NCBI GenBank assembly: GCA_048885865.1
Contig: JBHLLF010000067.1
Coordinates: 1 to 12,731, forward strand
Source of the DNA: Candidatus Hermodarchaeota archaeon
Lineage (GTDB): Archaea; Asgardarchaeota; Thorarchaeia; Thorarchaeales; Thorarchaeaceae
Direction of reading: 5' to 3'
DNA: 12,731 nucleotides
Within the stretch, counting starts at the first letter, position 1, and each line of letters starts with the position of its first letter. The notes beneath the pieces were generated by a model, which made no database searches, had not been told where the DNA came from, and worked only from the letters and a program-made list of their open reading frames with translations. Of the stretch, positions 1-6,650 are shown one piece after another. Position numbers and translations under genes: made by a program.

Positions 1-693
1 GTCTTTCATGTACTGTTGAGTGAGACCGGATAAGACCATGAGGAGTTCAGGAATTCCTGTACCGGTCTTTGCACTTGTAGGTACGATAGCTACTGTCTTT
101 GTGAAGTCTTCAACTCTGTCGAACCTTTCCGAGTCATAACCGTTGGCTGAGAGGGCCCCAACAATCTCATACAGACGTCTGTCAACCTCAGATTGAGTAG
201 TTGTACCCTGGGCCTTGATGGCCTGGAAGAGATTCATACCTTCTTTTTCTCGCCACCCAGGCACCTTGTCCAACTTGTTTGCTGCAACAAGAAACGGAGT
301 TCTCCCTGATTGTAGAATCTTCAACGATTCGTAGGTCTGAGTTAGAGCCCCTTCGTTGATATCAATAACAAGTATAGCGATATCAGCTATCGCTCCCCCT
401 CGACGTCTCAAGTTCAGATATGCTTCGTGACCGGGAGTATCAATGAACAGAAGCCCATCAATAGTCAGTTCTGTCTTTGTGCTCTCAAGAAGATCTCCAC
501 ATATTGCCTTGATGGTTTCGGTTGGGAAGAATGAAGCGCCAATGTGCTGAGTTATTCCAGCAGCCTCACGGTCCTGCACTGCAGTTCCACGCATCTTATC
601 GAGAAGAGAGGTCTTGCCATGGTCTATGTGACCCAGCACAGTAACTATTGGAGAACGTAGTTTGGCTTTGTTACCTTTCCCGGAATCAGCCAT
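1..693 (-). CDS. infB: Translation initiation factor aIF5B/IF2, N-terminal part (runs off the window's left edge)
   Basis: Not in the ORF track; translated by hand from ATG at 693: MADSGKGNKAKLRSPIVTVLGHIDHGKTSLLDKMRGTAVQDREAAGITQHIGASFFP...LLFIDTPGHEA...AANKLD. This has the G1 GHIDHGKT, GITQHIGA and DTPGH motifs. SD-like GTGAGGT lies upstream (701-707). Confidence 0.96.
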   Translation of the reverse strand, partial: MADSGKGNKAKLRSPIVTVLGHIDHGKTSLLDKMRGTAVQDREAAGITQHIGASFFPTETIKAICGDLLESTKTELTIDGLLFIDTPGHEAYLNLRRRGGAIADIAILVIDINEGALTQTYESLKILQSGRTPFLVAANKLDKVPGWREKEGMNLFQAIKAQGTTTQSEVDRRLYEIVGALSANGYDSERFDRVEDFTKTVAIVPTSAKTGTGIPELLMVLSGLTQQYMKD

Positions 694-780
694 TGTTGAA
701 ACCTCACAAGAAGACTTGCAGCGGGGCACGTGTTGATGTTTATCAAATTGTCGCTCTGTCCTGTCACAATCCTAAAATAG

Positions 781-816
781 GTCTGTCTTTGTCGCGGCGA
801 TAAGATACAGGCAGAC
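781..816 (+). promoter_or_regulatory. Stem-loop immediately upstream of the ndk start
   Basis: GTCTGTCT(781-788)/AGGCAGAC(809-816) plus TTGTCG(789-794)/CGATAA(798-803). G-U pairs favour folding on the + strand. Confidence 0.4.
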
Positions 817-825
817 GTGATAGTG

Positions 826-1491
826 ATGGAGCGTTCACTCGTAGTAATCAAGCCCGATGGCACCATAAGAAGAACTGTTGGCGCCCTCGTTCTCAAGGCC
901 CTCATGGAACGTGGATTCCGCGTGAAAGCCTTCAAGGAGATGAAGGTTTCTGAGTCGTTGGCCAAATTGCATTATGATATACATAAGGAAAAGCCCTTCT
1001 TCCCTTGGCTGGTTCAGTTCATCTCTTCAGCTCCAGTCTTAGCAATGATCCTAGAGGCTGATCATGTCATACAGGGTGTCCGTGATGCACTTGGCGCTAC
1101 ATTTGTGCAAAAAGCCGAACCAGGCTCTCTTAGAGGAAGGTATGGGATTTGGTCTGGTATCAACATAGCACATGCCTCAGACGGACCTGAAACTGCAGCC
1201 ACTGAAACCGCCCTATGGATCAAGGAAGGCGGCTTAGAAGAGTCTGAGGATGCCGAAGAAGCAGCCCAAGCATATGTTGAGAGGTATGCCCCTGCAAACA
1301 TAGACTTGACAAAGGAGATTCGTGACTTGGTCGAGTCATCCATTGATGTGAATGATACATCAGCTGCAGTTCTAGAATCCCTCGAAGACCTATTCGGAAG
1401 GGACTCAGAGGGCATTGATGAGAGTGAAATCAAGGCCCTTGCATTAGCAGTCTTTGACTTCATCAAGGAGGAAGTCGAAAAGAAAGAGTAG
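826..1491 (+). CDS. ndk: Nucleoside diphosphate kinase with ~80-aa acidic C-terminal extension
   Basis: IKPDG, HY..H..KPFF, R...GAT, PGSLRG and NIAHASD (catalytic His) motifs. ATG 826 chosen; in-frame GTG at 817 and 823 are alternatives. Confidence 0.93.
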   Translation: MERSLVVIKPDGTIRRTVGALVLKALMERGFRVKAFKEMKVSESLAKLHYDIHKEKPFFPWLVQFISSAPVLAMILEADHVIQGVRDALGATFVQKAEPGSLRGRYGIWSGINIAHASDGPETAATETALWIKEGGLEESEDAEEAAQAYVERYAPANIDLTKEIRDLVESSIDVNDTSAAVLESLEDLFGRDSEGIDESEIKALALAVFDFIKEEVEKKE

Positions 1492-1492
1492 A

Positions 1493-1525
1493 GACCTTTG
1501 GTGGTACCAGTGTTCCACCTAGGTC
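1493..1525. terminator. Hairpin between convergent ndk and rpl24e (possible terminator/3' stability element)
   Basis: GACCT(1493-1497)/AGGTC(1521-1525) and GGTGG(1500-1504)/CCACC(1515-1519). Confidence 0.4.
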
Positions 1526-1549
1526 GTCCTGATTGGCTGAGAAGCGCAT

Positions 1550-1747
1550 TTACTTGGCTTTTCCACCTTTTTGGAAGCCTTTCGTCCACTTTGTAGCTCT
1601 AGGCTTCATCCTACGTTTGAGTCTAGCTACTTTGCACTTGTTTGAGCAGAACCACAGCACTGCGCCGTCCTTCGTCTGTACGAAGGCAGACCCAGTTCCA
1701 GGTTCAATGTCCTTTTCGCAGAAACTACAGCGTTGGGTGCCTACCAA
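1550..1747 (-). CDS. rpl24e: 50S ribosomal protein eL24 (L24e)
   Basis: CSFC..DIEPGTG..V..DG....FCSNKC zinc motif and KPR..KWT. TTG start. Canonical position after rps28e. Confidence 0.96.
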   Translation of the reverse strand: MVGTQRCSFCEKDIEPGTGSAFVQTKDGAVLWFCSNKCKVARLKRRMKPRATKWTKGFQKGGKAK

Positions 1748-1751
1748 TCCC

Positions 1752-1982
1752 TTAGCGCCTCCTCATCTTACGTGCTTCACGTTCAGTTTCACGCAGAATG
1801 AGAATGTCACCCATTCTGACCGGCCCCTTCACGTTTCGCGTGAGGACTCGTCCCTTATCCCGGCCTTCCATAATCTTGACTCGAACCTGAGTGATTTCTC
1901 CTGTCACTCCTGTTCGGCCCAGCAATTGAATGACTTCGGCGGGGATTGCTGGAGTTACTTCTTCTTCTTCTTTCTTGCTCAT
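1752..1982 (-). CDS. rps28e: 30S ribosomal protein eS28 (S28e)
   Basis: [21 protein letters not shown]...GR...[23 protein letters not shown] signature. Confidence 0.98.
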   Translation of the reverse strand: MSKKEEEEVTPAIPAEVIQLLGRTGVTGEITQVRVKIMEGRDKGRVLTRNVKGPVRMGDILILRETEREARKMRRR

Positions 1983-2002
1983 CGAAAGCCATCACCTAAG
2001 AC

Positions 2003-2374
2003 TTACTTGCGCAGAGCACCAATCTTCTCGACAACATCGGTCAAGAGATCTTTGGCTTTTCCTTCAACAACAATAGCAACAGCAGCTGTGGGTCTTTCAA
2101 TACCGGCGGCATTTCCTAAATCTCTCTTGCTGGGTACAAAGATGTAGGGTGCTTTCCTATCGTCACACAGACCTGGGATGTACATAATCACCTCTGCGGG
2201 TTCAACATCCTCTGCAACAATCACTAAACGAGCAAGTCCTCGCTCGATGCTCTTTGTTGTTTCGTTAATTCCTTTCTTGATTCTGCCAGTGTCTTTGGCA
2301 ACTTCAAGTGCCTCTAGGGCTTTCTTCTGAAGCTCTTCAGTAGCTTCCCATTCAACGAATGACGGCTTTGGCAT
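2003..2374 (-). CDS. rpl7ae: Ribosomal protein L7Ae/eL8 (K-turn binding protein)
   Basis: IKKGINETTKSIERGLARLVIVAEDVEP.E...P..C.....PY..VPSK..LG.AAG signature. SD GAGGT 6 nt upstream. Confidence 0.98.
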   Translation of the reverse strand: MPKPSFVEWEATEELQKKALEALEVAKDTGRIKKGINETTKSIERGLARLVIVAEDVEPAEVIMYIPGLCDDRKAPYIFVPSKRDLGNAAGIERPTAAVAIVVEGKAKDLLTDVVEKIGALRK

Positions 2375-2450
2375 TTTTCTACCTCTGTTCTCACTTCATT
2401 GGTATGAATAAGACTTACACATCCAATCTAGGATGCGTTCTCATCGGCCC
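2375..2450 (-). promoter_or_regulatory. rpl7ae 5' leader with K-turn overlapping the SD sequence (autoregulatory element)
   Basis: Minus strand GCC-GAU-GA-G (2448-2440) can pair with A-GA-GGU (2386-2381), with two small hairpins in between. TATA-like TTTTAAAA at 2471-2464. Confidence 0.6.
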
Positions 2451-2491
2451 AATCTCCAACTTCTTTTAAAACTGTCGAAGTGTCATGCCGC

Positions 2492-3487
2492 TCAATAGTA
2501 GTTCAAGTCTTTCAAGGTCCGAAGAATCTCTGCATCACTAGGGTCTTGATGTTGGAGGACCGAATAGCGATTTCGTCGAGTCATTATGTCCAATGCATGA
2601 TGGACATTGTCAAGAAATTGGTCAGATGATATGCCAAAGTCATCTAGCTTGGAGGGCATTGCATGGTCAATCAAGAACTGATGCATATTCTCTGCTTTGT
2701 AGTCTCTATAACCTGCCTCCTGGAGATAGTGCACACACAGTGGCATTGTAAAGGCGACCTGGAGACCATGTAGGTCAGTAGGCTCTCTATCCATTGCATG
2801 AGAAATTGCATGTTCTGTGCCAGAGCAAGGTCTTGAACTCCCAAAGATGCTCATTGCTCTACCTGCGTCAATCTCTGCTCGGACTAGAGTCTCTAGACTC
2901 TCATCCTGTAGTATTGATTCAAGTGCTGATTTGACCAGACTATAGACCCTCTTATCGAATGGCTCATCCCTTTTCTCGTAAGCAAGGCGCCACTCACCAA
3001 GGCTGGAGGCTTTGCAGACGATGTCACCGATTCCAGCTAGCCTGAGCTTGGGAGGCGCCTTTTCAATGATAGAGAGATCCGCAATCACGCCTATAGGGCC
3101 TTTACATTTCTCTGAGTATCTATATCCATCATGACTCACTGATGCAACATCACTGGCTATTCCATCGTGAGATGCTGCTGTTGGAACTGCGATCCAATTG
3201 AGATTGGTATCCCTCGCTAGAAGCTTAGCGGTATCTATGCTTCGGCCTCCTCCAAATCCCAGAATGACGTCCTTTCCACTGGCCTTCGAAGTTTCGCCTT
3301 TTTCAAACTCCGATACTAATAACCAGGTGACTTCTCCCCCCATGAAGTCTTCAACAACCTCTCTATACTCAGCATGCAATAGCTCATCGGTCACAAAGAT
3401 TGGCTGTCTGTAATCCTCCAAGAAGTCGTCGACCTTAGTCAGAGCCCCTTTTCTAATCACTATGAAATGGGGATCCACAATGGGCAT
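2492..3487 (-). CDS. egsA: sn-glycerol-1-phosphate dehydrogenase [NAD(P)+]
   Basis: GFGGGRSIDTAK, VPTAASHDGIAS, GIGD, SRPCSGTEHAISHA and LHG (Zn-binding His) motifs. Confidence 0.93.
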   Translation of the reverse strand: MPIVDPHFIVIRKGALTKVDDFLEDYRQPIFVTDELLHAEYREVVEDFMGGEVTWLLVSEFEKGETSKASGKDVILGFGGGRSIDTAKLLARDTNLNWIAVPTAASHDGIASDVASVSHDGYRYSEKCKGPIGVIADLSIIEKAPPKLRLAGIGDIVCKASSLGEWRLAYEKRDEPFDKRVYSLVKSALESILQDESLETLVRAEIDAGRAMSIFGSSRPCSGTEHAISHAMDREPTDLHGLQVAFTMPLCVHYLQEAGYRDYKAENMHQFLIDHAMPSKLDDFGISSDQFLDNVHHALDIMTRRNRYSVLQHQDPSDAEILRTLKDLNYY

Positions 3488-3623
3488 GTCAACAACTCCA
3501 AAGTGGTGGCTGTTCTTCCCTAGTTAAGCTCTTCTGTTGGGCGCCCAATTTCAAAAAGGTTTGGCCTCTCTCAGTAGCCTTAAGTATCACATCGACGCGC
3601 TCCGAGCAGCAGTCAGTGTTACC

Positions 3624-3676
3624 TGGGAAATACATCAGCTGATATGTTTGCTATCTAACAGCTGATGTGATGACCA
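3624..3676 (+). promoter_or_regulatory. Long inverted repeat/hairpin upstream of the small GTPase
   Basis: Perfect ACATCAGCTG(3632-3641)/CAGCTGATGT(3659-3668), extendable through tandem GA pairs to TGG(3624-3626)/CCA(3674-3676). Confidence 0.55.
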
Positions 3677-3697
3677 CTTAATTGGGAGTCTAGAATC

Positions 3698-4195
3698 ATG
3701 ACCCGATACGTCAAGGTCGCTCTCATGGGCTCTGGTTTCGCAGGCAAGTCCACCCTGATCAAGCTTCTTACTGATGGCACACAGAAGCTAAAGGTGAACT
3801 ATCAACCAACAGCAGGGATGGATTGCGGAACAATCACCCTTGACAGTAATACCAAGGTTTCACTAGTCGAGATGGGTGGCCAGTCTCATTTTGAGTTCAT
3901 GTGGGCAGATTTGATGAGGGGCAGTACAATGGTGGTATTGGTCACTGAAAGTAATCCTAAGGCTGTACTCAAGACCCGCCAGCTTCTTCACAAATACAAG
4001 GACAAATTCAATGAAGCTCGCGTGATTGCTATAGCGAATAAGCAGGACGTTCCAGGGTCCATGAAGCCAGAATCGGTACAGGATCTGCTTGGAGTACCAA
4101 CATACGGAATGGTGGCGATCGACCCCAAGCAGCGTATCCATGGATACAAACTAATTGTCAATGGTCTAAAAGACATGATTCGTGTGGCTGCATAA
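3698..4195 (+). CDS. Ras-superfamily small GTPase, Arf-like (Asgard-type eukaryotic signature protein)
   Basis: G1 GSGFAGKST, G2 YQPTAG, G3 variant EMGGQ, G4 ANKQD(VPGS). 165 aa, single domain. Confidence 0.9.
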   Translation: MTRYVKVALMGSGFAGKSTLIKLLTDGTQKLKVNYQPTAGMDCGTITLDSNTKVSLVEMGGQSHFEFMWADLMRGSTMVVLVTESNPKAVLKTRQLLHKYKDKFNEARVIAIANKQDVPGSMKPESVQDLLGVPTYGMVAIDPKQRIHGYKLIVNGLKDMIRVAA

Positions 4196-4201
4196 TTCAT
4201 T

Positions 4202-4246
4202 CTTAGCTTTAGGAGTGTTTCAACGCTCCTGAAACGAAGTCCTAAG
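4202..4246 (+). terminator. Stem-loop 3' of the GTPase gene (putative terminator/3' UTR structure)
   Basis: TTTAGGAGTGT(4208-4218)-TTCA-ACGCTCCTGAA(4223-4233), with outer CTTAG(4202-4206)/CTAAG(4242-4246). Confidence 0.45.
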
Positions 4247-4253
4247 GTAATGC

Positions 4254-4261
4254 TTTTATAC
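4254..4261 (+). promoter_or_regulatory. TATA box candidate for the rpoD operon
   Basis: TTTTATAC, the best TATA-like sequence in the intergenic region, ~25 nt before the GC-rich structured leader. Confidence 0.5.
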
Positions 4262-4266
4262 AGACC

Positions 4267-4370
4267 ACCGTGTGATGAAATCGCCCAGGGCACGGGCGAG
4301 AGAGCTATTGGGCAATGCCTTGTAGCGAGTCCGTCCGGGATAATGTGTTTTGGGTGAACACCTCCACGGT
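4267..4370 (+). ncRNA. Putative structured cis-regulatory leader RNA (K-turn candidate) upstream of rpoD-rpl18e-rpl13-rps9-rpoN-rps2
   Basis: 13-bp stem 4281-4293/4345-4357 encloses GGGC-GAGA-GA-GCUA...UAGC-GA-GUCC (bulge plus tandem G.A). Outer stem ACCGTG(4267-4272)/CACGGT(4365-4370) abuts the SD AGGTGAG. Confidence 0.5.
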
Positions 4371-4381
4371 CAGGTGAGCCA

Positions 4382-5182
4382 ATGGATATAATGATCATAC
4401 ACCGGCAAGATGATGTCCTTCACTTTCTTGTGGAAGGCATTGACGTTGCATTTGCAAATGCACTTCGGAGAACAATGCTTACCCGCGTGCCTGCAATGGC
4501 AATTGATGAGGTGCTTGTGCTTGAGAATACCAGTGTCATGTATGACGAGATTCTCGCTCACAGACTTGGTCTAGTGCCTCTCATCACTGATCTAGAGAGC
4601 TATAATCTCCCTCAGGATTGTGACTGCGAGGGGAAGGGTTGCAGTCTATGTCAGTGCACGCTCACTCTTGAGAAGGAGTCGGGTGGCGAAGAGATAGTTG
4701 TTTACTCGGGAGACCTTGTTTCACAAGATCCCAAAGTGTCCCCCGCAAGTGGAGAGATTCCTCTTGTCAAGCTTGCTCCTAACCAGAGGCTCATTATAGA
4801 AGCGTACGCCCGTCTAGGCACTGGCATTGAGAATGCGAAGTTTCAGCCAGTAGCCACTGTGGCATACAAGTACGTTCCCATAGTTGAAGTTGACAAGGAC
4901 AAATGCACAAAGTGTGAGGCATGTGTGGAGGTCTGCCCAAAGAAGATCTTCGTAATCGATAAGGACACACTGGCTACTCAGAACACCTTGGACTGTACCA
5001 TGTGTGAGTTATGTGTTCAGGAATGCGAACCAGGGGCAATTACGATACGGTCTAAGAATGACGCCTTTCTTTTCAAAGTCGAGTCAACCGGTGCACTTTC
5101 TCCTGAGGCAATCGTTGAGAAAGCCGCAGACACGTTGAAGAACAGAATCAGAGTATCTCTCGACTTTGTGGGTAAATTATGA
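4382..5182 (+). CDS. rpoD: DNA-directed RNA polymerase subunit Rpo3 (D) with ferredoxin-like 2x[4Fe-4S] domain
   Basis: ANALRRTML..VP.MAIDEV...ENTSVMYDEILAHRLGLVPL, IPLVKL, AKFQP, FKVESTGAL. Two CxxCxxCxxxC motifs plus CDCEGKGCSLC. Confidence 0.98.
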   Translation: MDIMIIHRQDDVLHFLVEGIDVAFANALRRTMLTRVPAMAIDEVLVLENTSVMYDEILAHRLGLVPLITDLESYNLPQDCDCEGKGCSLCQCTLTLEKESGGEEIVVYSGDLVSQDPKVSPASGEIPLVKLAPNQRLIIEAYARLGTGIENAKFQPVATVAYKYVPIVEVDKDKCTKCEACVEVCPKKIFVIDKDTLATQNTLDCTMCELCVQECEPGAITIRSKNDAFLFKVESTGALSPEAIVEKAADTLKNRIRVSLDFVGKL

Positions 5183-5193
5183 GGTGAATGCAA

Positions 5194-5556
5194 TTGGTAA
5201 AATCAGGACCAACTGACCCCAATACTCGTGCACTCATCAATGCACTGAGAAAGACATCTACTAAACATGATGCAAAGATATGGAAGAGGGTCGCGGAGCT
5301 GGTGTCACGTCCCGCCAGAAAACGAGCTACAGTAAACATTGGAAAAATCGGACGCCATACACAAGCCGGTGACGTGGTAGTGGTCCCAGGAAAGGTGCTG
5401 GGCTCTGGAAACCTACCCCACAAGGTGACAGTGGCAGCGTTAAACGCTTCTGCTTCTGCCCGATCAGTGATTGTTGGAGCAGGAGGGTCACTAATCACTA
5501 TTGACGAGCTCCTGACGAAGGTTCCAAAGGGGAAGGGAGTGACAATTATCGTTTAG
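5194..5556 (+). CDS. rpl18e: 50S ribosomal protein eL18 (L18e)
   Basis: T.P....LI..LRK......AKIWKRVAE....P.RKRATVNIGKI...VVVPGKVLGSG. TTG 5194 favoured by SD GAGGTGA spacing; ATG 5188 is the alternative. Confidence 0.96.
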   Translation: MVKSGPTDPNTRALINALRKTSTKHDAKIWKRVAELVSRPARKRATVNIGKIGRHTQAGDVVVVPGKVLGSGNLPHKVTVAALNASASARSVIVGAGGSLITIDELLTKVPKGKGVTIIV

Positions 5557-5565
5557 GTGGTTTCA

Positions 5566-6018
5566 ATGAGCGAAAAAGAAGTAAAGGTCTACGATGGCGA
5601 GAATATGGTCATTGGAAGATTAGCCTCGAAAGTGGCAAAGGCTGCTCTTCTTGGCGATAGAGTGGCTATAGTGAACGTTGAGAAAGCTATAATCACTGGT
5701 GACAGGTATACGGTCATTGAAGCCTACAAGGAGAAGTTCAATATTCGTACTTCCTATAATCCACGAAAAGGGCCTTTCCATCATCGTCGTCCAGACAAGA
5801 TGGTCCGGAGGATTATTCGAGGCATGTTACCATGGCCCACTCCTCGTGGGAAAGCGGCTTACAAGAGAATACAATGCTTCATCGGCATACCAGAGAAGTA
5901 TGCGGAATCAGAGAAGATTGTTCTCGAAGGCTCTAAGTACAAGAGTCTGCGGCAGAAGTACATCACGGTCGAAAACCTGAGCCATGAGCTCGGATGGAGA
6001 AACCCGGAGGTCGTCTGA
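5566..6018 (+). CDS. rpl13: 50S ribosomal protein uL13
   Basis: DGENMVIGRLASKVAK..L.G..V.IVNVEK.IITG, GPFHHRRPD...RR.IRGMLP...RG. ATG 5566 follows SD AGGTGG. Confidence 0.97.
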   Translation: MSEKEVKVYDGENMVIGRLASKVAKAALLGDRVAIVNVEKAIITGDRYTVIEAYKEKFNIRTSYNPRKGPFHHRRPDKMVRRIIRGMLPWPTPRGKAAYKRIQCFIGIPEKYAESEKIVLEGSKYKSLRQKYITVENLSHELGWRNPEVV

Positions 6019-6019
6019 A

Positions 6020-6424
6020 ATGGCAATTAGAGTAGTCGTTTCAACTGGAAAGAGGAAGACGTCCCTAGCAAAGGCCACCATCAAGAATGGTCGTGGGCGT
6101 ATCAGGATCAATGGAAGACCTCTTGAGATACACCAGCCCGAGGTCGCAAAGATGAGAATCATGGAGCCCCTAATTCTCTTCGGCGAAGGTTGGAAGAAAT
6201 ATGACATAAGAGTGCGTGTTAGTGGCGGAGGCGTCATGAGTCAAGCTGATGCGGTGCGAATGTCCATTGCAACTGGTCTGTTCCGAATGAGCCAGGACTA
6301 TGAAGCACGCTCTCGAATGCTGGAGCATGACAGGACCATGCTGGTCGGGGACCCCCGACGAACAGAGCCAAAGAAGTTTGGAGGGCCTTCAGCACGCTCC
6401 CGATATCAGAAGTCTTACAGGTGA
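6020..6424 (+). CDS. rps9: 30S ribosomal protein uS9
   Basis: GKRKTSLA.ATIK.G.G.IRING, V.GGG.MSQA.A, DRTMLVGDPRRTEPKKFGGPSARSRYQKSYR. ATG 6020 follows GGAGGT. Confidence 0.98.
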   Translation: MAIRVVVSTGKRKTSLAKATIKNGRGRIRINGRPLEIHQPEVAKMRIMEPLILFGEGWKKYDIRVRVSGGGVMSQADAVRMSIATGLFRMSQDYEARSRMLEHDRTMLVGDPRRTEPKKFGGPSARSRYQKSYR

Positions 6425-6433
6425 GGCAAAATT

Positions 6434-6649
6434 ATGATAATTCCAGTTCGATGTTTTACGTGTGGAAAACTAGTAGCTGACAAGTATGAGCAGTTCAAGC
6501 GTCAAGTTCGCCAAGGAGAAGACCCAGCAGTGGTCCTAGATAACCTGGGGCTTCATAGGTATTGTTGCAGGAGAATGCTGTTGTCTCATATCGATATCAT
6601 TGATAGCTTCATGGCGTTTGCCACAACAGAGGCTGCGGAGGGTAAATAG
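6434..6649 (+). CDS. rpoN: DNA-directed RNA polymerase subunit Rpo10 (N)
   Basis: [12 protein letters not shown]...[17 protein letters not shown] signature. Confidence 0.98.
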   Translation: MIIPVRCFTCGKLVADKYEQFKRQVRQGEDPAVVLDNLGLHRYCCRRMLLSHIDIIDSFMAFATTEAAEGK

Positions 6650-6650
6650 G

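Noticed and set aside
777-1528. Short AGGTCT/AGACCT matches flanking ndk as possible inversion (recombinase) sites
   Set aside because: Only ~6 bp, expected by chance, and no recombinase in the window.
645-1589. Minus-strand ORFs 645-965 and 1062-1589
   Set aside because: Antisense shadows of ndk with no recognisable motifs.
1533-2147. 204-aa + strand ORF
   Set aside because: Lies antisense to rpl24e, rps28e and rpl7ae; composition reflects the reverse complement of those genes.
3624-4246. Hairpins flanking the GTPase as SECIS elements
   Set aside because: No in-frame UGA at a Cys-equivalent position in any gene here, and the AUGA/GA geometry does not match.
4267-4370. Interpretation as tRNA, 5S rRNA, or C/D or H/ACA guide RNA
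   Set aside because: No T-loop (GTTCRA) or cloverleaf, no 5S loop C CCGAAC. Box C GTGATGA is present but with no CTGA box D, and there is no pseudouridylation pocket.
3988-4561. Minus-strand ORFs 3988-4398 and 4370-4561 across the GTPase-rpoD region
   Set aside because: They overlap well-supported genes on the opposite strand and have no family motifs.
5984-6650. N-terminal extensions of uS9 (from 5984) and uS2 (from 6600) in the ORF track
   Set aside because: They overlap upstream genes. Internal ATGs at 6020 and 6651 have SD-like sequences and give normal protein lengths.
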